Positions 23,129 through 33,765 of a DNA stretch of 64,000 nt are shown here, one piece after another; within the stretch, counting starts at the first letter, position 1, and each line of letters starts with the position of its first letter. Below the pieces are notes generated by a model. The model did not search any database. It was given only the letters and a program-made list of their open reading frames with translations, and was not told the DNA's origin. A program made the position numbers and the translations under genes. Source of the stretch: Camelus dromedarius (Eukaryota); contig NC_087437.1 in NCBI RefSeq assembly GCF_036321535.1, positions 15,750,001 to 15,814,000 on the forward strand. The letters are read 5' to 3'.

Positions 23129-23345
23129 GGTAACCCTAACTTACTTTTTAGAATTTGCCATAGGGGTCACCTGCTCCTGGAAGCCTTTCTCCCAGCCCCA
23201 GGCTGGATTCGGTGGCCTGCTGGTCCCCACCACAGCCACCTCTGCCGCCCACTGGTCTGTGGTGGTGTGTTGACTTCTCTGGGTACCCCGCAGCTCTGTG
23301 AGCCCCTGTAGGGTGGGGCTCTACCTTAATTGTCGTGGTATCCCC
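23129..23345 (+). repeat. Copy 2 of the local direct duplication, embedded in an L2 3' end (about 23050-23392)
   Basis: Same sequence as 21523-21758 but lacking tctgtgggagcacagcccac; L2-like sequence continues on both sides. Confidence 0.95.
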
Positions 23346-23444
23346 TGCACGTGGTATGTAGGTAGTGGCCAAAGTGTGTTGTACTGATGAACACAAAGAA
23401 AGAAAAGATCAACAGAACACATAAAAACCTGAAATCATGTCCTC

Positions 23445-23978
23445 TATGGTAGTTTAAAACAGGCCTGTAAAGGTTTTGACACTCTTTTCATCAGAATATG
23501 AAACCTAATTCTCCAGTTAAATATGTGTTTGCCTTCTGACTCACTCTAATGGATAGAATCTGGCAGAAGTGATCTTGCAAAAACTTTGGAGGTGAGATCA
23601 GAGAAGACATTATAGCTTCTGGCTAGTTTGCTCTCTCTCTCACCCTCTCACCAGGGATGCTTGCCCTTGTGACCCAGCCACCATATTGTGTGGAAGCCCA
23701 CGCAACTCAGAGAGACACGTGTGGATGTTCTAGCCATAGCCCGAGCTCAGATCCCAGCCCCCTGCCAGCCTCCCATGCCAGACATCCGAATGAGTGCGTC
23801 TTCGGTTGGTTGCAGCCCCTTCTTTCCAGCCATCCCTGCTGAGTCTAAATGAGAAGAGACAGACTTTCCTCCCTGAGCCCTGTCCAAATTATAGATCTGT
23901 GAACAAAATAAACATTGTCAAAGTTGAAAACGACTAGGGTTTGGATTGGTGTATTATGCAGGAATTGATAACCCAAAT
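23445..23978 (+). mobile_element. MLT1-family solo LTR
   Basis: atagaatctggcagaagtga...cccagccaccatattgtg...ccctgtccaaattatagatctgtgaacaaaataaa...attatgcaggaattgataac. Confidence 0.8.
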
Positions 23979-24064
23979 AACCTGGGAGAAGTATAGAAGA
24001 CAAATGGTGCAGAAAAAACTAGAGAGGACTTCGGGAGAAGCTGGGGAGTGGGGGAAGAGACGGT

Positions 24065-24350
24065 ATCTCATTCATTCAACATCAAACAGATATTTGTTAA
24101 CTTCCTACTGTGTGCCAGGCAGTATGCGCAAAACAGAGTGAAGGAAGGGGAACCCAGCCCTCGGGAGCATCCTGGTGGTGAGACAGTCACTGAGCAGACA
24201 AACAACGTAGACTGTCATTCCAGGAAAGTACTGTAAAGGGAGTAAGTAAGCAGGGTGATGATTGAGAGTGATGGGTGCAGGCTTGGGCAACTGAAAACGA
24301 GGGGAGAGGGTGGGGAAGGGAAGGTCTCTCTCTGTGAATATGAGAAGGGT
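24065..24350 (-). mobile_element. L2 fragment
   Basis: tcattcattcaac...atatttgttaacttcctactgtgtgccaggcag. Confidence 0.7.
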
Positions 24351-25059
24351 GGTCTTGCCAAGCAGGCTTAGCTTTGCTGTGTGTGAGAGATGGATTTTGG
24401 CTTGATTATGAAATTCTTTCCAGCCAAGCTGAACCAAGCTGGAGCAGGCTGCCTCGAGAGAGGATGCAGCCCCCTCCTGGGGTGTCCAAGGAGGGCTGAG
24501 CTGCACCCAGTCTTGAGAGCCCAAATTCTACAAGATGCAAATGGGGAGTGGGGGCTGAGAGACAGAACTGACAGCTTGGTTTGGGAGCCATCAGGGTCAT
24601 GAATATTCTTACAGAACACATTTATTGGGCGTCTACAAGAGAAACACTGCGCTTGAGAGGAGAACATGAAGGTCAAGAAGACACTGCTTTTCCTTCAGAA
24701 GCTCACTGATTAACAGACTGGTGGGGGAGACAGAGCCATGCAAATTACAAGCTGTAACAGGAGTATGATGGAGTCTGCTAGATGTGGTAACATGGTTACA
24801 TGTAGCGACGAGGAGAAACCAAATGAGAGCGTCATACTTCCAGTGGGAAGGATTTGCAGCAGGAATGTGTGTGCATGTGTAAGAGAGAGAGAGACAGGGA
24901 CAGACACAGGGTGAGCTCCTTGGAGGTTGGGTAGCAATTTGTCAGATAGAGGTAGGGGCGGGTAGGGGTGGGGATCCAAGACCCGTGGTCATTCCGACTC
25001 TCCGCCTCATGAAGGTGGACTTCTAGCCCTCTCCTCTTCTAGCGGGCTTTACCTCTTTT

Positions 25060-26060
25060 ATTAGCCATATCTTTGGTTGTAGAAACACGTTCAGCTCAAG
25101 CTGGAGGAAAGGAAAGCAAAGGGTAAGGAGTGATTACTGGCACTTGTTATTACTGGACAGTTGGAGACTTAGGTTGCGATGGTATCCGGGGCCACGATGC
25201 TGTCTTAGGGCTCAGTCCCCCTTTTTTTCATTCCTTAGCTTTGTGTCTGTGTCAGGCAAGGTCTGGGCAGAAAACGGTTGGCATTCTCAAAGGGCTAGCT
25301 GAGGAGAGTGCAGTGAAGACACTCTTTAGGGAAGGTATGAACAGGGTTCAGGGGACAGTAAGGGTGGGATGCACTCAGGGACTGGCGAGAGTGGGGAGCC
25401 AGAAGGGGTGAGAGGAGGGGATGATGGCATCCGGACCTGGCAAGAGCTGTAGCACGGGGGAGGCTCCCTGGCCGGAGCTGTAGACGTGAATAGAGGGGCG
25501 CAGCCTCCGTCTAAGCCATGCAGGGGGTGGGGCATCATATTCCCCAAACTCTTTCTCCTCCACTTTCTCATCTCCTGCCAGCACCTCCCATTGGATGAAT
25601 TCAACAGGAAGGCAGGGGGCATGGAAGCCTGGTTCGTGGAAGCCAGTCTCCCGAGGCTCAGAAAAGGGCAAAGAAAGGTGGAGAATGGACCTGGAGGGGG
25701 CAGTGGGAAACAGTCAGCACAGCCGTTTACGTTGACTTCATCCTCCAGCAGGCTCTCCCAGCAGATGGTCATGTGGCCGCTGGCAGCTCAGATTCACATC
25801 CTCTTGAAACCTCAGCAGAAAGTGGAATTCTCACGCTCAGTAGCTCTAGCAAAAAGCCCTGGAAATTTTGTCTCCTTGGCTCCATCGAGTCTCAAGCCTC
25901 TCCATGAACTAGGCTCTCTCACTGGGAAGTTGAAATGCTCTCATCGGCCAGGCTTGGGGCACATGGCCACCCATCCTTGGAGCTGGGAGGAGATGGTTAG
26001 GCCAGACTTGTCTGAGCCACCAGGCCTGAGATAGAGGAAGGCTGGCTCCCCAGAGAAGTG
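25060..26060 (-). mobile_element. Degenerate MLT1-like LTR, apparently interrupted by a second old LTR (about 25246-25720)
   Basis: ttggttgtagaaac...ctcaagctgg and catcggccaggcttggggcacatggccaccc are MLT1-like. The inner segment starts tgtgtcaggcaaggtctgggcagaaaac. Confidence 0.45.
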
Positions 26061-28660
26061 TCAGGGTGCTGGGCAGGGATGCAGTCTGCCTCACACATTC
26101 AGCCTGCTTGCATCACTGGACCATAATGGAAAGCTCGTGTGCAAGAGAGGAAAGAACATGGACTCTGAGGGCAGAAAGAGGTTGTGGTTGTGATGGTCCT
26201 GGTGGAAGATATGAGAAAAACTGGGGAAACTGAAGGTGAAGGAAAAGTGAAAACCCAGGAGAGGGGACCCAGAGGTGGCTGGGCAAACAGCTTCCTTCTC
26301 AGTGAGGTTGTTGTCTGCATTCCTGAGCATTGTGATCAGACTCCAAATGATGAAAAGGCAGAGAGCAGGGAAGTTTGGCTAAAGGCAGAATGATTTTACA
26401 ACTAAGCTATCTCAACTAGATGCTGAAAAAAGAGGGTTCTTATTTGGGATGAAATGAAGAAACGAGTGAGGGGCCCTGCTTCTCACTGTAACTCTCTGGC
26501 TTCCAACATGGAGCCCACAACATCTCAACCTAACCATTGCATTAGAATTGGGTGCTCGTTGGAGAGCAAGAATGAAAGAAAGCAAACTCAGAGGTACAAC
26601 GAGAGGGCTCATTTTTCCTCATTTCCCCCCAGTTGTCAGTCATGGCTTAGTCTCACCAGGAATATCCATTTTGTGTCAGTAGAATGTTTAGTCACAGTTT
26701 TCCAGGTACTTTTGGTCTAGGTTTTGAGACTTGTATAAAGATGGCAGGTCTTCAAAGTCCTTTGCAGACTTCCCCTTTCAAACCTTAGATGTCTCTTTCT
26801 CTTTTGAGAGAGGCATCTGAAATCTGCTTAGAGTTCATCAGAGGAAGACTCCATTTGCTCTTCCAAGTTCCCTGCTCTTGGCTCCAACTTTACTCCCAGC
26901 CAAGCAGAAAAAGAACAGGTTTTTTTCTTTTTTCTTTTTCTTTTTTTTTTAACACAGTAGCACAATGCTGTGCTCTGCATGAAAACCCATGGTTTTCTTT
27001 TTCCAATCAGAAGAAAGTAATTTTCCTTTCACTCACCTGACTAACTTGTTCAAAGCATCCCCTCCCCACCCTTTTCTGATATCTTGCTGCTAAGTATTTG
27101 CCAATTCATTTGCATCTGAATGGTTCCTTAGCAACTATCATACCCTCCGGATTAGGTACAAAGCTGCTCTCTGACACAGACTGCCAGGGCTTCATCGCCC
27201 TCTTTTATGGTACCTGAGTTACCAAACCTTGCCCTGCCCAGACAGGAAGCACAGTCACTCACAACATCACACAGGTTCTGAATTACAATGCAGTTCCTCC
27301 TTACCCGATTTGAGCATGCAGACTTCTAAGACCCTTGTGCTTGAAATGCTCCCAGTTGGTTCCTGAAAACTGCCCTGTGATATATATCTTCAGGAAGAGA
27401 ATCACAGATAGCAGCATTGGAGGAGAGTCCTGTCTTCAGACAGGCAGTGAATCAGGTCCATTTTACAGATCTGGGGTGGGAGCTCAGGGCACTGCTGCTT
27501 CCTCGTCCTTGGTCCTTGTCCCACCCATGTACTGCACCCTGACAAGAGTGACTCCTGTTTACCAACTATTGTGAACTTTCAGGATAGATTTAAAGTAAGA
27601 TTTGTTCTTTTAAGCATAGACATGCGACTCTTCTTCTGAGGTCCTGGGGAATTTCACTTCTCACCTAACCAGGGAGTAATTGTCTGAATAAATACAGCAA
27701 ACATGTACATCAGCTGTTTCTCTGGTCTTGGCAGTTGGGACTCTTTCCATTCCTGCACTTGTAGCAGTGGCGGGTAGCACTGGGCGGAGGAGGGGAAACC
27801 CCCGGGGGGGGGGGGGTGTGTTTATGCAGATGATGCTGACAGTGGCCCGGGACTGTGGAGCAAATTAGAATCTTCCACCCCGATTAGGTGGTGCTGCTTT
27901 TGTAGCAGCACCAATCCCCCACCACCGGGGCTCCCTGGCACGGAACAGCTGGCAGATGGAAGATGCTATTCAGGAAAGGACAATAAGAACGAAGCTTGTT
28001 CTCCAATAAGGCTGACCTCTGCGACTCCCACTTCACGTTGTTATTAAATATGTGGAAAAGACTGGAAGAACAATTATAGTATTGTCATTACGTATAAATT
28101 CACAACGCAAGCCTTGCCCAGGGAGGCTCTGTCTCAGCTGAGCTCAGCAAAGCAGGGGACTCGGCTACTGTGCTTAATGCTTCTCATCAGGAGGTTGCCT
28201 TCATTACCTAACGCCCGCTGGAAACTACCAACCTGCTGTGTGCGGTTCTGCCATCAGGGGCTCCGGAAGCAAAGATGACAAGAAGAAAGGGATGGAAGTC
28301 CTCGGATTTGTAATTGTCTCCCTGTAGACCTCAGTGTGAGTCCAGTTGTAGCCGTCTTAATGGCCTGGGCTTCGCTGCATGGTGGTGAGAGTTTGCTTAG
28401 TTGAGTTGGTTTGTAGGCTTTCATAGGATGGAGCGTGAGCGACTGGAGTCCCATGACAGCGTGTCCTGTAAAGAAGGATCACAGGAGTTCATGTGGCCAC
28501 TTCGCCCGTCAGGCATCTTCCCAGCTCACAATGCTATACCTAACGGTGCCAAAGATGGTGTCCCAGAGCGTAGGGAAACCCATCAGGGGGGAGTTCCACG
28601 CTTGGATGCAGGCTGGCTCTATGGTGTCATGGCTCTCTGTCACAGAGTCCTGCAGCTGAA

Positions 28661-28908
28661 CCAGTGTTCCCAACATTATTCTCATTGTCCAACCCTCCCC
28701 CATCCCCTGCCCCACAGGAGCCTTTGTAGACATTTTTTTCCTGACCACTCCTACCATCCCCTGTGAAATGTTAATACCGCAGATGTACTATACCTCTCTT
28801 TATGTACTGAGGCTCTTGGAGGGGCCACAAACCATCATGATAGCTAAGATTTTTCACAGTCCTCCCCTCTTCCCCCAAGAATCATTTGCGTTCTTGTTCA
28901 GAAAGCAC
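28661..28908. mobile_element. hAT-Charlie-like non-autonomous DNA transposon
   Basis: cagtgttcccaac...gagcctttgtagacatttttttcc...gaaatgttaataccgcagatgtactata...cccccaagaatca. Confidence 0.55.
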
Positions 28909-29274
28909 AATCTTAACGGCATAACCCTGGCAGCAAATTAGCCAACCCTCCCCTGAGTTAGAGCACAGCTTGGCACCATCTGTTTCTCCACTCAACTTTT
29001 ACCAGGAGTGGCACTGGCCAATTGAGAAGATGTCCACCTTAGCTGGTCCAGGAGGGCCCCTGCTGGCTGGGATTAGCCTTTAGTTGCTGGGTTCCAGGGT
29101 GGTCTCGGGGGTCCAGTTCAGGCATGAGGCATAAGGCTAACCAGAATCAGGCAGTGGTGATTCACCAGTAAGTGTGGAAAGATTTCTGTATTTTGACAAG
29201 CATGGCTGTGCTAGCCCATACTTAACTGAATTCACCAGATTTGAAAATAGTTCCTGGAATCTCAGTCCATTTCT

Positions 29275-30120
29275 TAAATAAATAAGCTTTCTTGAGGTAT
29301 AGTGTGCATACAGTAATATTCACTGATTTTAGGTGTACAATTCCGTGAGATTTGACAAATGAATATGGGTGCGTAGCCACCGTACAAACATGACATAGAA
29401 TATTTTCATCACCCTCATCCCTTCTGTGTCATCCCCTTCCTTTATCCCTCTTCCCTTGCCTTCTGACAACCATTGATCTGATTTCCGGCTCTACAGGTCT
29501 GCCTTTTCTAGAATTTCACACAAATGAAATTGTAGAGTGTGCAGTCTTTTTCTGCTTGGCTCATTTCACTCAGCTAATACATTTCAGATGCATCTTCTCC
29601 CATGTCTGTGGTTCCTTCCTTTTTATTGCTGAGAAGTGTTCCATCTCATTGATACCCATGCTTGCTTTATCCTTTCAACAACGAGTGGCCATTTCCTTCT
29701 AATTTCTAGTTTCTGGCTTTTATCAATAACGTGAATGTTTGAGTACGTGTCTTTGTGAAGACACAAAATGAAAAATGGGTTTTCATTTCCCCTGGGTGAA
29801 CACCTAAGAGCGGAATTGCTGGATAATACAGTAACCGTGACTATTTTTATGTGAGATTGCCAGTTTGGTTTTCAGGCATTTCGCGTTCCCATCAGCAGTG
29901 TGGGAGTCCCCGTTGCTCCACATCCTCGCCAGCAGTTGTTAGTGTCAGTCTTTGGAATGTTAACCCTTCTGGGGGGTACGTGGCGGCATCCCATGGTTTC
30001 ACTTGTACTTTTCGATAGCTAATGATGTCCTTGTCATGTGCTTCTTAGCCATTTGTGCATATTCTTTGGTGAAAGGGATGGTCAGCTTCTTTGTCCATTT
30101 TTTGGTGGTTAAGTTGTCTG
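29275..30120 (-). mobile_element. L1MB-like 3' end
   Basis: gctttcttgaggtatag...ttttaggtgtacaattc...gccttttctagaatttca...ttccttcctttttattgctgag...cccgttgctccacatcctcgccagca. Confidence 0.85.
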
Positions 30121-31979
30121 TTTTGGGTCCATTCTTACTGGTGTGGTTGTTTGGTGATGACAGAGGAACCTCACCCCTACTACGGCTGGACTGTGGGGTT
30201 GCCGTGTTGTGCTGAGAAGACCATAGGTTGGCACCTGCTGGGTCTCATTCCTGGAGGTGGGATAGGGGTGGGCCATGACCATCTCAACAAGTGGTTGTCA
30301 GTTATCAGGGAAGCAGTGCATCCCCAGACCAGAGCCAGGACCTTGGACGGTGGGCTCTTGCTGTGGGAGAGTGTGAGCCTCTTCTGTAGTCCATAACTCA
30401 GGTGGTCCAGGACTGTGTTACCCTGTGTTTATTTCCCACGTGTCACCCCTCAATTCCAAGCTTGTCTCCACCACATTCCTGGGTATAAAGGGCGGGGCGG
30501 GGGAGAGCCTGGGCACTGCCCCAACCCAGAGTTGCAGGAGGAGCCGGGCCTCCATGCTGGTGGCAGCAAAATCAGGCAGACATCCCTTTGGATCCTGCTT
30601 CTCCGGTGGCGGGGAGGGGGCTGTCTTCTGACAGGGATCTTTTGGTTTGGCATTTTCTTTTTAAGGAGAAAAGTGTGGTTCATCTTCACAGGATGCCCCA
30701 TGAAGGCTAGTCACCCAGCCAGCTCGAGAGGGCACCCAGGTGGCTTGTTACCTTTCTTCTGGCCACACTCAGTCCTGAGAGACTTCCCAGCCCTTCCAGT
30801 TCGTGCTGAATCCAAGCCGTGGAGAATGACTTTGGCTCAGTTCTGAACTTAGATGACAAATGCAGGATTCCACAGACTTCTGAGTCTCCTTCAGCTGCAT
30901 TTGCTGTTATTTTCATGGTGATGATCAGTGATCACTGTAATCAGGGGGAAGGTGACACATGACGAGGATGTGGAAGCCTGCCGTGTGTCATCAAAAATCG
31001 ATGTGCTCAGCTGGGCCCCAAGGCACATCTCACAAGCACCTCTAGTGCCCGCCAGCAAAGGTGCTGCTGGCACTGCGTCACTTCTGGCTCTGGGCAGGGC
31101 AGGCAGCCCCGCTACCTGAGGGCCCCCTGGGATTTCCACCCCAGGACCTGGCCCAGAAGAGGCACTTGGGAAATGATGGACGGATGGATGGATGGACGGC
31201 CTGGGTCCCTATCACACTGCACACTGTCACTCAGGGAGAGATGCTGGAGCCACCATGGCATAAAACCAGGGACTCGTATCAAACAAAGTGACAGCAGCAT
31301 AGGAAACCTAGATCTCATTGTGAAGACAAGACCACCACACCTGGAGCTGGGTAGAGAGACCTGAATTAATGGTTCAGGGTTCATATTCAGGAATCTGATT
31401 GGATAATTGGTTCTGAAAAGGAGCCACCCTTGAAAGGATCTATTTTAGGGGAAGCTCAGGGATAAACTGCAGCTTGAACATGTGGAGATGGAGAGTGGTG
31501 GGGTGCTGTCACAGGAGAAGTAGCAGAAGCTGAGGCATGGCAGTGGAAAAGGAAGGGCAAGTGCATGGAACAGCAGTTACGGTCAAGTGAGTGCTCAGTG
31601 GCACAGCCAGGTCGGTGCAGTAGGTCATCAGAGAACGGAGAGATTGAAGTGGCTAGGATAACCAGGATGGCTTCCTGAAGGAGGGGGTACCTACTGAAGG
31701 AAATAGAGGGTTCTTACTGGTAGGAGAGGCAGAACATCCACTTCCCTTCCAGGCAGGCTTCCCAGCCCTGGGCCTGTTTCTGTGACCTGTACCCCTCTGT
31801 CTCGGATCTCCTGGCTCCGGAAAGCCCAGGAAAGACTTTTCTTTCCTGTGAGGAAAGACTCAGCATCACTGTGGCTTCCTGAGTCCCAGGGCCCAGCTGA
31901 CATTGCCAACAAAGGTTCACCTAGAGGAAAGCAACATGCTTTTTGCGATGGTCTGGACCAGCTTTCACAGCTGTCTTCT

Positions 31980-32130
31980 GTGGTCTTAACACTCAGGGTG
32001 TGGTCTGTGAACCGGGGTGTGGGCAGGTAAGCCCGTTTGCCACTTGGAAATGCAGAATCTCAGGCCTTGCGTCCCCCTGATTGAATTCATCCCTGCCTTG
32101 ACCAGGAGTCCCAGGCTCTAAAACTTTTGC
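31980..32130. mobile_element. MER5A-like hAT MITE
   Basis: gtggtctt...tgtggtc...gaaatgcagaatctcaggcc. Confidence 0.6.
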
Positions 32131-32189
32131 ATGAGGGGAGTGGCCTCTTTAAGCAATTTAACAAACCTTTTGTTGATATTTTTTTTTAA

Positions 32190-32610
32190 AGGAATAGCTC
32201 CAGATTAAAGAAGACTAAAGAAAGACGACAAGTAAATATAACACATGATCTTTTATTGATCTTGTATTGAAAAAAAAATTGTTTTAAAGGACAGTATTTG
32301 GACAATTGACAACGAACTCCCTAAATTAAGGAAAGAGGGGTCTCATTAGATAAAAGTATTATAAAAATGTTAAAATTTCCAAATTTAACAATTGGATTGT
32401 CATCAAATAAGATAAAATCCTTTAAAATATATATATATATATAGCCTGTTAGAATACAATATATTATATTCTAATAGACTATAGAATACACATGTAGAAA
32501 GAGAACAAAAAAGTAAATGTCAAAATATGTTGAAAATTGGTGACTCTGGGTAAGGCTCTACGGGGCTTCTCTTGTTCTGTTCATGCAACTTTCCTGTATG
32601 ATTGCTACAA
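32190..32610 (+). mobile_element. L1MC-like 3' fragment
   Basis: ccagattaaagaagactaaag...aaggacagtatttggacaattg...tggtgactctgggtaagg...gcaactttcctgta. Confidence 0.7.
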
Positions 32611-32671
32611 TTTTTTTAATTTAATTTAATTTGGGGAGATTTTATTTTTTTCTGTTCTATTAAAAGTTTTA

Positions 32672-33100
32672 AAAAAATTGAGGTATAGTTGATTTACAAT
32701 GTTGTGTTAATTTCTGGTGTACAGCATAGTGATTCAGTTATACATATATATATTACTTTTCATAGTCTTTTTCATTATAGGCTACTGCAAGGTATTGAAT
32801 ATAGTTCCCTGCGCTGTACAGTAGGACCTTGTATATTTTATACATAGTAGTATCTACAAATCCTCAGCTCCCAATTTATCCCTTCCCACCTGCTCCCCCG
32901 CCCCCATAACCACAAGTTTGTTTTCTATGTCTGTGAATCTGTGTCTGTTTTGTAAATAAGTTCATTTGTGTCCTTTTTTTTTCTTTTTAGATTCCACATA
33001 TAAGTGATATCATACAGTATTTTTCTTTCTCTTTCTGGCTTACTTCATTTAAAATGGCAATTGCCAAGTCCATCCCTACTGCTGCAAATGGCATTATTTT
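32672..33100 (-). mobile_element. Artiodactyl-type L1 3' end
   Basis: aattgaggtatagttgatttacaatgttgtg...gaatatagttccctgcgctgtacagtaggacc...ttagattccacatataagtgatatcat...gctgcaaatggcattatt. Confidence 0.9.
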
Positions 33101-33609
33101 AGGTTATTTAAAAACGTGTGTCTTGTTTAAAAGTTTGATGGATGTTGCAAGTTACCCCTCTGAAAAGGCTGAACCAATTTGTATTCTCACAGCGCCGCGA
33201 GAGGGTTGGTGCAGCTGTTAGCCGTAGCTATTTTTATTCAGCCATTTTCATGCCAGGGACTTTTTCTGATGGGGTCATATATCAATTTTGACCTGGGGAC
33301 ATTTTGTTTTTTCCCAATTTAATATGAATATTTCTGAAAATAAAGAAAAATCATAGTGCAGCAAACATCCACAGATGATCACTTAGATTCAACAACTGTT
33401 AATATCTTACTGTATTTATTTATCAGTACATATTTAGGGGGGGCATGGTTGGGAATTGAAACTTAGCAAAATTTGGTAACAGCCAGAGGTAAGTGATGGA
33501 GCCAGCAACCACATCCTCTGTACCTGGTCCTTTATCTCGTCTCCCAGATTTTCCTGAATTGCTTCCTGTACGGATAGAATTCTTATTTTTTCTGAAGCAC
33601 TTTTGTAGA

Positions 33610-33765
33610 CCGTTAGTCAGACAAACCTGAATTGCAATTCCTATTCTGACCTCGGCTTACGTAACCCCTCTGTGCCTCAGTTTATTCGTCTGATAAGTGG
33701 GGGTGGCAGTCCTTACCTCTTAAGATGGTAGTGAAAGGTAAATGGGATAATCTGCTTAGCCATTA
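33610..33765 (+). mobile_element. MIR SINE
   Basis: agtcagacaaacctg...acccctctgtgcctcagttt...tctgataagtggggg...aaatgggataat. Confidence 0.75.
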
